Notes under the pieces: model-generated | Database searches by the model: none | Told to the model about the DNA's origin: nothing | What the model saw: only the letters and a program-made list of their open reading frames with translations | Position numbers and translations under genes: made by a program | Source: Kluyvera intermedia | Lineage (GTDB): Bacteria > Pseudomonadota > Gammaproteobacteria > Enterobacterales > Enterobacteriaceae | NCBI RefSeq assembly: GCF_021440345.1 | Contig: NZ_JAKCNS010000057.1 | Span: 12,094-36,093, forward strand | DNA: 24,000 nt | Direction: 5' to 3' | In this document: piece by piece, positions 9,672-17,465 of the stretch | Numbering within the stretch: position 1 is the stretch's first letter | How the letters are laid out: every line of letters begins with the position of its first letter

Positions 9672-9691
9672 GACTGTGTATTTATACAGTT
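9672..9691. promoter_or_regulatory. Candidate LexA (SOS) box upstream of the esterase gene
   Basis: GACTGTGTATTTATACAGTT has the form CTGT-N8-ACAG with an AT-rich centre. It matches 16 of 20 positions of TACTGTATATATATACAGTA. It lies 2 nt from the Shine-Dalgarno and overlaps a minus-strand TATAAA hexamer. Confidence 0.5.
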
Positions 9692-9815
9692 TATATCCTG
9701 GATTTTCGGCGATGGAAATGAGGAGTTTGGGTTAATTGCAGATTTCGGAAAGCGGATCGCAAAAGGAAGCGAGAGTGGCTGAAAGGAGGGGCGGGCTTGT
9801 TTTATGGCGTGGTGA

Positions 9816-9842
9816 TTAGCCGGGCGAGGTTCGCCCGGCTAA
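9816..9842 (-). terminator. GC-rich 12-bp hairpin immediately downstream of fdhE, a possible terminator or mRNA stabiliser
   Basis: TTAGCCGGGCGA-GGT-TCGCCCGGCTAA lies 9 nt after the fdhE stop. No clear U-run follows on the minus strand, so termination efficiency is uncertain. Confidence 0.4.
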
Positions 9843-9851
9843 TTATGCGAT

Positions 9852-10781
9852 TTACTCGCCTTCACCCGGGAACAGGAACGGGTTGATAGAGCTGCGGGCG
9901 AACCCTTCCTGCTCCATTCGCGCGTCCAGTACCAGCGAGGCGAGATCGTCAGCCACCGCTTCGACTTTCGGGTCTTTTTCCTGATACAGAATCTTCAGGT
10001 AAGTCCCGCAGTCGCCGCAGCTTTCGGCTTTGACGGAGGCCTGCTCGTTGTCCAGCGACCAGTAGTGTAAATCACGACTCTGCTCGCAGTTGCTGCACTT
10101 CACGCGCACCACGTGCCATTCGGTTTCACACAGGTTGCAGTGCAGGTAGCGAAGCCCCTGTGTGGTGCCAATCTGCACCATGCTGGATACCGGCATAGAG
10201 CCGCAAACCGGGCAGAACTGACGCTGTTCGCCGTATTCCGCGCGGGCTTTGCCTGGAATGAGGCTCGCCATCTGCGCCCAGTAGAGCGACAGCGCAGCCC
10301 AGATAAACGGCGCTTTGTCACTGCTCACTGAGGCGAAGTCGGACTCAAACAGCGCGCTGGCCATATTCTCCAGCTCCTGTTCGGAGGCCTTTTCCAGGTT
10401 CTCAATGACTGCCAGCGCCGGGCCACTCATTTCGGGCTTCAGCTCGGCAATCATGGATTGCAGCAGTGTGTGCCAGTGCTTGTCGCGCGGCAGAACGTGA
10501 ATATCCAACGGCGGTTTGCCCTGGTCATTCGCTTCTTTTAGACGCGCAGTCAGATCCATCCGCAGCGGATGGTCATACAGCACCACTTCCTGGGCATGGG
10601 CGATAAGCGCGGCAAAGCGCAGGTAATCGCCTAGCGGATTGTTCTCTGCCAGCTCGCGCAGACGTTCAGCGCGGCGGTTGTAGAGGTTCTTGAGTCTGGG
10701 GAATAGTAACGGCGGAATTACTTCCGCCGTGCGTTTCTCGCTCGAACCCAGCTCATCTTGCGGGATTATGCGGATACTCAT
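9852..10781 (-). CDS. fdhE: Formate dehydrogenase accessory/maturation protein FdhE
   Basis: A 309-aa ORF reading [20 protein letters not shown]...[11 protein letters not shown]..., with four CxxC motifs ([29 protein letters not shown]). Its ATG overlaps the fdoI stop as ATGA. Confidence 0.97.
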   Translation of the reverse strand: MSIRIIPQDELGSSEKRTAEVIPPLLFPRLKNLYNRRAERLRELAENNPLGDYLRFAALIAHAQEVVLYDHPLRMDLTARLKEANDQGKPPLDIHVLPRDKHWHTLLQSMIAELKPEMSGPALAVIENLEKASEQELENMASALFESDFASVSSDKAPFIWAALSLYWAQMASLIPGKARAEYGEQRQFCPVCGSMPVSSMVQIGTTQGLRYLHCNLCETEWHVVRVKCSNCEQSRDLHYWSLDNEQASVKAESCGDCGTYLKILYQEKDPKVEAVADDLASLVLDARMEQEGFARSSINPFLFPGEGE

Positions 10782-11413
10782 TCAGATGACTTTTCCTGTT
10801 TCTGGCGGACTTCACGGTACCAGCGCGGGTGATGTTTCTTCGCCCATGAACTGGTTACCCATCCTTCCACCATCGCGGTAATGGTGCCTTTCACCCAAAG
10901 GGCGGCGTAAATATGCACCATGATAACCACAATTAACGCCACTGCGGCAAATGAATGCAGCATTAACGCAAATCGGATCACCGGGATTGAGAAAGCAGGC
11001 GCAAAGTACGGACGCCAGATAATCACACCGCTCACCAGCAGCAGCACCAGGAAGATAATCGCCGCCCAGAATACGCATTTCTGGCCGAAGTTATAACGCC
11101 CGGTATCACCTACTTCCTCGTTGACGACGATCTTACGAATATTCTTCGCCCAAAAGATATCATCCCGATTGATTAGATTGTGGTGCCAGTAACGGAAAAA
11201 CATGATGATAAACGAAGCAAACATGATAACACCGACAAACGGGTGCAGAATTCGCGCCAGCTGTGGAGTGCCCATGATTTGCATTAACCAGTTGAAGGAA
11301 GGGAAGAAAAATCCCAACCCGCTCACCGCCGCCAGAATGAAGCAGAAGGCGGTGACCCAGTGGTTGATGCGTTCCGGCGCCGTGTAGCGCACGATGGTGT
11401 CACGTTTTTTCAT
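10778..11413 (-). CDS. fdoI: Formate dehydrogenase-O, cytochrome b556 gamma subunit
   Basis: A 211-aa four-TM protein reading [45 protein letters not shown]..., near-identical to E. coli FdoI. It overlaps fdoH by 4 nt. Confidence 0.97.
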   Translation of the reverse strand: MKKRDTIVRYTAPERINHWVTAFCFILAAVSGLGFFFPSFNWLMQIMGTPQLARILHPFVGVIMFASFIIMFFRYWHHNLINRDDIFWAKNIRKIVVNEEVGDTGRYNFGQKCVFWAAIIFLVLLLVSGVIIWRPYFAPAFSIPVIRFALMLHSFAAVALIVVIMVHIYAALWVKGTITAMVEGWVTSSWAKKHHPRWYREVRQKQEKSSE

Positions 11414-12312
11414 TTGCGCACCTCATCGTTGTCTTCATGCAGATTGTCTTCTTCCTCTTCAGCACGGTTAGGACCGACACCGACGTAGTGGAAGATACTT
11501 GCTGCAAACGTTGCGGCAAAGCCGATAGCCGCCAGCGGTTTCCAGACGCCCTTCCAGAATTTCACGGTGGCGCTGATTTCCGGGTTCTCCGGCAGCCCGT
11601 GATACAGATTTGGCTTGTCGGCATGATGGAGCACGTACATGACGTGCGTACCGCCCACGCCAGCCGGGTCGTACAGACCGGCATTGTCATAGCCACGGGT
11701 TTTCAGTTCAGCGACGCGTTCGCCCGCCAACACCTTCATATCCTCTTTGGAACCAAAGTGGATAGCGCCGGTTGGGCAGGTTTTCACGCAGGCCGGTTCC
11801 TGGCCAACCGTTACGCGGTCGACGCACAGCGTACATTTGTAGACGCGGTTGTCTTCCGGGTTGAGGCGCGGCACGTTGAACGGGCAGCCGGCAATGCAAT
11901 AGCCGCAGCCAATGCACTGCTCTGACTGGAAGTCGACGATGCCGTTGGCATACTGAATGATAGCGCCTTCCGACGGACACGCCTTCAGGCAGCCCGGGTC
12001 GGCACAGTGCATGCAGCCATCCTTACGGATAAGCCACTCCAGTTTGTCGTTCTGCTCCACTTCCGAGAACCGCATCACCGTCCAGGATTTGGCGGTTAAA
12101 TCGGCGGGGTTATCGTACACCCCGACGTTGCTACCGATTTCATCACGGATGTCGTTCCACTCAGAACAGGCCACCTGACAGGCTTTACAGCCGATACAGG
12201 TGGTGACGTCGATGAGCTTCGCCACCTCTTCCTGGTGATCCCGCGCCTGAGGCGCGGGGGTGAAACCGTTAGTGGCGGAACGACGGATAATGTCTTGCGA
12301 TTGATAAGCCAT
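11410..12312 (-). CDS. fdoH: Formate dehydrogenase-O, iron-sulfur beta subunit
   Basis: A 300-aa ORF reading [16 protein letters not shown]... with multiple 4Fe-4S ferredoxin motifs ([38 protein letters not shown]...CVKTCP) and a C-terminal TM anchor. Confidence 0.97.
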   Translation of the reverse strand: MAYQSQDIIRRSATNGFTPAPQARDHQEEVAKLIDVTTCIGCKACQVACSEWNDIRDEIGSNVGVYDNPADLTAKSWTVMRFSEVEQNDKLEWLIRKDGCMHCADPGCLKACPSEGAIIQYANGIVDFQSEQCIGCGYCIAGCPFNVPRLNPEDNRVYKCTLCVDRVTVGQEPACVKTCPTGAIHFGSKEDMKVLAGERVAELKTRGYDNAGLYDPAGVGGTHVMYVLHHADKPNLYHGLPENPEISATVKFWKGVWKPLAAIGFAATFAASIFHYVGVGPNRAEEEEDNLHEDNDEVRK

Positions 12313-12324
12313 AGGTCGTCTCCG

Positions 12325-15300
12325 TTACACCTTTTCCACGTTCACGAGGAAGGACTTAAACTCCGGCGTTTGCGTGTTCGCATCGCCGACGAATGGCGTC
12401 AATGTGTTGGCAATAAAGCCTTTTTTCGCCACACCTTCATAGCCCCAGTGGATTGGAATACCGATGGTATCGATATCCTTACCGTCTACTTTCAGCGTGC
12501 GAATACGCTTGGTCACCACCGCCTTGGCCTTAATGTAGCCACGGTTGGAGGAGACTCTGACGGTATCGCCATGAGCGATGCCGAGCTTGTTCGCCAGCTT
12601 CTCACCGATCTCGACAAACTGTTCCGGCTGAGCGATAGCGTTCAGCAGCGCATGCTTGGTCCAGTAGTGGAAGTGCTCGGTTAAACGATAGGTGGTACCG
12701 ACGTACGGGAACTTGTCCGCTGTACCCAACGCTTCCTTATCGCCTTTAAAGATACGGGCGGCAGGGTTAGAGATAACGTTCGGGTGCAGTGGGTTGGTGC
12801 CCAGCGGCGTTTCAAACGGCTCGTAGTGTTCCGGGAACGGACCTTCAGCCATCTTATCGAGGGCAAACAGGCGTCCCATACCTTCCGGCTGCATGATAAA
12901 CGGCCCAACGTTGCTGCCTGGTGCGGCGGCACTGTAGTCCGGAATATCCACACCGCCCCACTTCGCGCCGTCCCATTTCAGGAGCTGACGCTTCGGATCC
13001 CACGGTTTACCCTGCGGGTCTGCGGAGGCACGGTTATACAGAATGCGGCGGTTCAGCGGCCATGCCCAGGCCCAGCCCAGCGTATTGCCAAGGCCGGATG
13101 GATCGGCGTTGTCGCGACGCGCCATCTGGTTGCCATCAGGCGTCCAGCTACCGGCGAAAATCCAGCAGCCGCTGGCGGTACTACCGTCATCGCGCAGTTG
13201 GGCAAACGAACTCAGTAGCTGACCTTTCTTCACGATAACCGCACCGGTGGCCGGGTCGATTACATCGGCCAGCGCCTTGCCGTTGCTTTCCATCGCCACT
13301 TCCTCGGACGCAGGTTCTTCCGGCGTCGAGTAGTTCCAGCTCATGTTCAGCACCTGCTCCGGAACCGGACCGCCCTCTTCGGCGTACATCTTACGCAGAC
13401 GCAAGAAGATACCGGCCAGGATCTCGCCGTCGGTTCTGGCAATCCCCGGGGCATCCGCGCCTTTCCAGTGCCACTGCAACCAGCGGCCGGAGTTGACGAT
13501 AGAACCGTTCTCTTCGGCGAAGCAGGTCGATGGCAGACGGAACACTTCGGTCTGAATTTTCGATGGGTCGACATCGTTCGACTCACCGTGGTTCTGCCAG
13601 AAGGTCGACGTCTCGGTGTTGAGCGGATCGATGGTCACCAGGAACTTCAGTTTTGACAGTGACGCGACAATCTTGTTCTTGTTCGGGAACGATGCGACCG
13701 GGTTAAAGCCCTGGCAGATATAGCCGTTGACCTTGCCCTGGTTCATCATTTCGAAGTACTGCAGGACGTCATACCCTTTATCCCACTTCGGCAGCCAGTC
13801 AAAGCCCCAGCTGTTTTCCGCCGTTGCCTTATCGCCGTAGAAGGTTTTCATCATTGAGACGAAGAATTTCGGGTAGTTGCCCCAGTAGTTAACCTGGCCA
13901 TCCAGCAGCGGTTTCGGCGTGTTGGCGGCGAGATAGGTTTGCAGATCAGCCTGTTTCTCGCTTGGCAGCGTCATATAGCCCGGCAGGCTCTGTGACAGCA
14001 GACCAAGGTCAGTCAGACCCTGGATGTTGGAGTGACCGCGCAGGGCGTTCACACCGCCGCCTGCCATCCCCATGTTGCCAAGCAGCAGCTGGATCATCGC
14101 CATGGTGCGGATGTTCTGTGCGCCGATGGAGTGCTGAGTCCAGCCCAGTGCGTACAGGAACGACGCGGTTTTATCGTGGGCGCTGGTTTCTGCGATGTAC
14201 TCACAGACCTTCAGGAAGTCCGCTTTTGGTGTACCGCAAATCTGCTCAACCACTTCCGGCGTATAGCGGGAAATGTGCTGCTTCAGCAGATTCCAGACGC
14301 AGCGTGGATGGCTGAGGGTGGTATCGCGTTTGGCGTGACCGTTCTCATCCAGCTCGTAGTTCCAGGAAGTCTTATCGTATTTACGGGCTTGTGGGTCATA
14401 ACCGCTGAACAGACCGTCGTCGAAGCTAAAGTCTTCGCGCACGATAAGGCTGGCGTTGGTGTAGGCCTCGGTGTACTCGCGGTTGAATTTTTCGTTATTC
14501 AACAGGTACAGCATGACGCCTGACAGGAAGGTAATGTCAGTACCGGAGCGAATAGGGGCGTAGAAATCCGCCACCGACGCGGTACGCGTAAAGCGGGGAT
14601 CGATAACAATCAGCTTCGCGCCATTATGGATCTTGGCTTCCATCGCCCAGCGGAATCCCACCGGATGCGCTTCTGCCGCGTTCCCACCCATCACGACGAT
14701 GAGGTTGGCGTTCTTCATGTCGACCCAGTGGTTGGTCATCGCACCGCGACCAAATGTTGGAGCAAGACTTGCTACCGTTGGTCCGTGTCAGACACGCGCT
14801 TGGTTGTCGACCGCGAGCATACCCAGAGCGCGAGTGAATTTCTGTGTTAAAAAGCCGGTTTCGTTACTGGATGCAGACGCGCACAGCATACCGGTGGAGA
14901 GCCAGCGGTTGACGGTGGTACCGGCATCATTTTTTTCAATAAAGTTGGCGTCGCGGTCGGCTTTCATCAGTTTAGAGATGCGGTCAAAAGCCTCATCCCA
15001 ACTGATTTGCTGCCATTTATCGGATCCTGGCGCGCGATATTCTGGATACTTCAGACGGCTTTCTGAGTGGATAAAGTCCACCAGACCTGCACCTTTCGGG
15101 CACAGTGCGCCACGGTTTACCGGGTGATCCGGGTCCCCTTCGATATGGAAAATCGAGGCTTTCGCGTTTTTTGCGCCGTCGCCGAGGCCATACATTAAAA
15201 GCCCACAACCGACAGAGCAGTAAGTGCAGGTGTTACGGGTTTCGCGGGTGCGCAGCAATTTGTACTGCCTTGTTTCCGCGAGTGCGATGCCTGGGGCAAA

Positions 15301-15375
15301 GCCCAGCGCCGCTGCCGTGGTTCCTGCCATACCGCCAGCGCAGATCTTAAAGAACTGCCTTCTGCTGACCTGCAT
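12325..15375 (-). CDS. fdoG: Formate dehydrogenase-O, selenocysteine-containing molybdopterin alpha subunit. It is a single 1016-codon gene with UGA-196 decoded as Sec.
   Basis: The ORF track splits the gene into 14788-15375 (195 aa) and 12325-14739. The intervening in-frame codons read ...VDNQARV-U-HGPTVASLAPTFGRGAMTNHWVDMK..., the conserved FdoG/FdnG selenocysteine context. The total length of 3051 nt equals 1017 codons. A twin-arginine signal (MQVSRRQFFKICAGG...ALA) is present, and AAGGAG precedes the ATG. Confidence 0.97.
14748..14790 (-). promoter_or_regulatory. UGA(Sec) codon plus bacterial SECIS stem-loop in fdoG
   Basis: The minus strand reads UGA CAC G-GACCAA-C-GGUAGCA-AGUCU-UGCUCC-AACAU-UUGGUC. 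The upper stem GG(U)AGCA/UGCUCC has a bulged U and an AGUC-containing loop, paralleling the fdhF SECIS GGUUGCA-GGUC-UGCACC. The lower stem is GACCAA/UUGGUC. Confidence 0.85.
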
Positions 15376-15559
15376 GGTTAGCTCCTTGTTTCGACATTGT
15401 CATTGCTTGTAGTTTTTCTTCGCCGGGGTGTGGCAAAGGCACTGAATCCTGCTATGCCCTCAATTCCAGGAGGGCTTTGATTCAGAATACCACATTATCG
15501 GTAGGCTTGTTCCAATGGGGTTAATAGCAGGTGAACAGATTTTGCTCGTATTAACATTG

Positions 15560-15581
15560 AATTGCGATGTTGATCGCAATT
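15560..15581. promoter_or_regulatory. Perfect 9-N4-9 palindrome in the fdoG-fdhD divergent control region, a candidate operator for an unknown factor
   Basis: The sequence is AATTGCGAT-GTTG-ATCGCAATT. The same 9-mer ATCGCAATT occurs again at 15682-15690. Confidence 0.4.
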
Positions 15582-15776
15582 TAGTCTGATTTTCAGCGCT
15601 TTTTGATACACCAGTAATGGCTTTAACCATAAAGAGTTACTTATGATTCGTCGGGTATTCATCACCGCACAGCATCAAAAAATCGCAATTGAGCGTTATT
15701 GCACCACAAACTTGATCCATAATAAGCCTCAATTCCCTCATGTTGTGATGGAATAGATGCCCCGTATTTCCCGACG

Positions 15777-16634
15777 TTGTTCAGAGTGTTTGCCGTGTTT
15801 AATGTTAAAGATGAAGTCGAACCCAAATCCACGTTCCAGCTGGTTGGAGCGGTCGAGCGTTCTGTCTTCAGAAGGCCACAAATTATGCAACCCACCCAGG
15901 ATATTCTTGCCGAAGAAGTTCCCGTTGCGTTGGTCTACAACGGCATTTCCCACGTCGTGATGATGGCGACGCCGAAAGATCTGCAAGCTTTTGCCATCGG
16001 TTTCTCGTTGTCGGAAGGGATTATTGAACATCCGCGAGAAATTTTCGGCATGGAAGTGGTTCCGGCCTGTAATGGCATGGAAGTGCGTATTGAGCTGTCC
16101 AGCCGCCGCTTTATGGGGCTTAAAGAGCGCCGCCGCGCGCTAGCCGGACGGACGGGCTGTGGCGTATGCGGCGTTGAACAGCTCAACGATATTGGTAAAC
16201 CTATCAAGCCGCTGCCGTTTAGCCAGACGTTTGACTTAGCCTACCTCGACCATGCGCTCCGCCATTTAAACGACGTTCAGCCGGTCGGCCGTGAAACCGG
16301 CTGTACCCACGCTGCGGCCTGGATCATGCCATCGGGCGAGCTGGTGGGCGGGCACGAAGACGTTGGCCGCCACGTAGCGCTTGATAAACTGCTGGGGCAC
16401 CGGGTAAAAGAAGGTGATCTGTGGCAGGCGGGCGCGGCGCTGGTCTCCAGTCGCGCCAGCTACGAAATGGTGCAAAAATCGGCGATGTGCGGCGTGGAAA
16501 TTCTGTTCGCCGTCTCTGCGGCGACCACGCTGGCGGTGGAAGTTGCCGAACGCTGTAACCTGACGCTGGTCGGGTTCTGTAAGCCAGGAAGAGCGACAAT
16601 TTACACGCATCCACAGCGATTGATGGGCGCTTAA
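15777..16634 (+). CDS. fdhD: Formate dehydrogenase sulfurtransferase/accessory protein FdhD
   Basis: The ORF contains the conserved core ...[25 protein letters not shown]...[13 protein letters not shown]...GCTHAAAW...[59 protein letters not shown]. No in-frame ATG lies upstream of the conserved block except M37 (15885). Candidate starts are TTG 15777, GTG 15786 and GTG 15795. By length alignment to the 277-aa E. coli FdhD, 15795 fits best. The start is therefore uncertain. Confidence 0.9.
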   Translation: MFRVFAVFNVKDEVEPKSTFQLVGAVERSVFRRPQIMQPTQDILAEEVPVALVYNGISHVVMMATPKDLQAFAIGFSLSEGIIEHPREIFGMEVVPACNGMEVRIELSSRRFMGLKERRRALAGRTGCGVCGVEQLNDIGKPIKPLPFSQTFDLAYLDHALRHLNDVQPVGRETGCTHAAAWIMPSGELVGGHEDVGRHVALDKLLGHRVKEGDLWQAGAALVSSRASYEMVQKSAMCGVEILFAVSAATTLAVEVAERCNLTLVGFCKPGRATIYTHPQRLMGA

Positions 16635-16672
16635 TTATTGTTCAGTAATTTTGAAAGATAACAGCAAATCCT

Positions 16673-17017
16673 TCCGCTTTTAGTTGATGAAGATGTGGCC
16701 TAATATTTATCACATCAAGGCGAGACGCCTTATCCAAACAACTAAGTTAAAGGGTTTATATCATGAAAAGCATCAAAACTTTCGTTGCAGTTATCGCTCT
16801 GGCTACTTCTTTCGGTTCTTTCGCAGCACAAACCGTGACCGCAACCGCCTCTACCATCGATGGCGCAGAAGCGAAAATTGCCGCTCAGGCTGAACAGGCA
16901 GGTGCAAGCTCTTACAAAATTACTCAGGCCTATGCCGGTAACCGCGTGCACATGACCGCTGAACTGAACAAATAAGCCAAAAGCTACTGTCGAAAGAGCG
17001 CCTACGGGCGCTTTTTT
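16673..17017 (+). repeat. Tandem duplication, copy A (345 bp: leader, DUF1471 gene and terminator)
   Basis: It aligns without gaps to 17109-17453 (436-bp period) with 10 mismatches in 345 positions. Confidence 0.95.
16763..16975 (+). CDS. Small secreted DUF1471 (YdgH/BhsA/McbA-family, YhcN-like) protein, copy 1
   Basis: A 70-aa ORF with a Sec signal peptide MKSIKTFVAVIALATSFGSFA/AQ. The mature part ...TIDGAEAKIAAQAEQAGASSYKITQAYAGNRVHMTAELNK fits the DUF1471 pattern (...LEAKIA.KA...GA..Y.IT......hgTAe.yK). An AAGGG Shine-Dalgarno precedes the ATG and its own terminator follows. Confidence 0.85.
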   Translation: MKSIKTFVAVIALATSFGSFAAQTVTATASTIDGAEAKIAAQAEQAGASSYKITQAYAGNRVHMTAELNK

Positions 17018-17019
17018 TG
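16995..17019 (+). terminator. Rho-independent terminator of DUF1471 copy 1
   Basis: AGCGCC-TACG-GGCGCT is followed by TTTTTTT. Confidence 0.85.
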
Positions 17020-17108
17020 TTTTTGTCCTTATCTGCTAAAAGTCAGCGTAAAGGACAAAACCAGTGATTATTATTAATCAAATTAATTGACTGATAAAGA
17101 CAAATAAC

Positions 17109-17453
17109 TCCGCTTTTAGTTGATGAAGATGTGGCCTAATATTTATCACATCAAGGCGAGACGCCTTATCCAAACAACTAAGTTAAAGGGTTTATATCAT
17201 GAAAAGCATCAAAACTTTTGTCGCAGTTATCGCTCTGGCTACTTCTTTCGGTTCTTTCGCCGCACAAACCGTGACCGCAACCGCCTCGACCATTGATGGC
17301 GCAGAAGCGAAAATTGCCGCTCAGGCTGAACAGGCAGGCGCAAGCTCTTATAAAATTACCCAGGCCTATGCCGGTAATCGCGTGCACATGACCGCTGAAC
17401 TGAACAAATAAGCTAAAAGCTACTGTCGAAAGAGCGCCTACGGGCGCTTTTTT
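17109..17453 (+). repeat. Tandem duplication, copy B (345 bp)
   Basis: See copy A. The two copies are separated by a unique 91-bp AT-rich spacer (17018-17108). Confidence 0.95.
17199..17411 (+). CDS. Small secreted DUF1471 (YdgH/BhsA/McbA-family) protein, copy 2
   Basis: The 70-aa product is 100% identical to copy 1. The DNA differs at 9 third-codon positions. Confidence 0.85.
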   Translation: MKSIKTFVAVIALATSFGSFAAQTVTATASTIDGAEAKIAAQAEQAGASSYKITQAYAGNRVHMTAELNK

Positions 17454-17455
17454 CG
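17431..17455. terminator. Rho-independent terminator of DUF1471 copy 2, possibly also serving convergent frvR
   Basis: AGCGCC-TACG-GGCGCT is followed by TTTTTT on the plus strand. It lies 12 nt from the frvR stop, and on the minus strand only CTTT follows the stem. Confidence 0.8.
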
Positions 17456-17465
17456 TTTCCTGCAC

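Noticed and set aside
9816-9842. Whether the hairpin downstream of fdhE is a REP/BIME element.
   Set aside because: It lacks the REP consensus (GCCGGATG.../...CATCCGGC-like) and occurs only once in the window. It is kept only as a generic hairpin or possible terminator.
12325-15375. The apparent split of fdoG into a 195-aa and an 804-aa ORF, which could suggest a nonsense pseudogene.
   Set aside because: The interrupting TGA is at the conserved selenocysteine position, is followed by a SECIS-like hairpin, and the codons between the two ORF-track pieces are in frame and conserved.
15571-15585. An FNR-like half-site, TTGATcgcaATTTA, within the fdoG-fdhD palindrome.
   Set aside because: Only the left half matches TTGAT-N4-ATCAA; the right half matches 2 of 5 positions. 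The true symmetry axis of the sequence is that of the 9-N4-9 dyad, not an FNR dyad.
15458-15736. The 10-mer CCTCAATTCC, present twice (15458-15467 and 15727-15736).
   Set aside because: A single recurrence of a 10-mer within 400 bp has a chance probability of the order of several percent, and there is no supporting symmetry or positional logic.
16673-17453. Whether the 436-bp periodic repeat could be a CRISPR array, minisatellite or IS element.
   Set aside because: There are only two copies. Each unit is a complete gene with its own signal peptide, Shine-Dalgarno and terminator. There is no short repeat-spacer architecture, no terminal inverted repeats, and no transposase.
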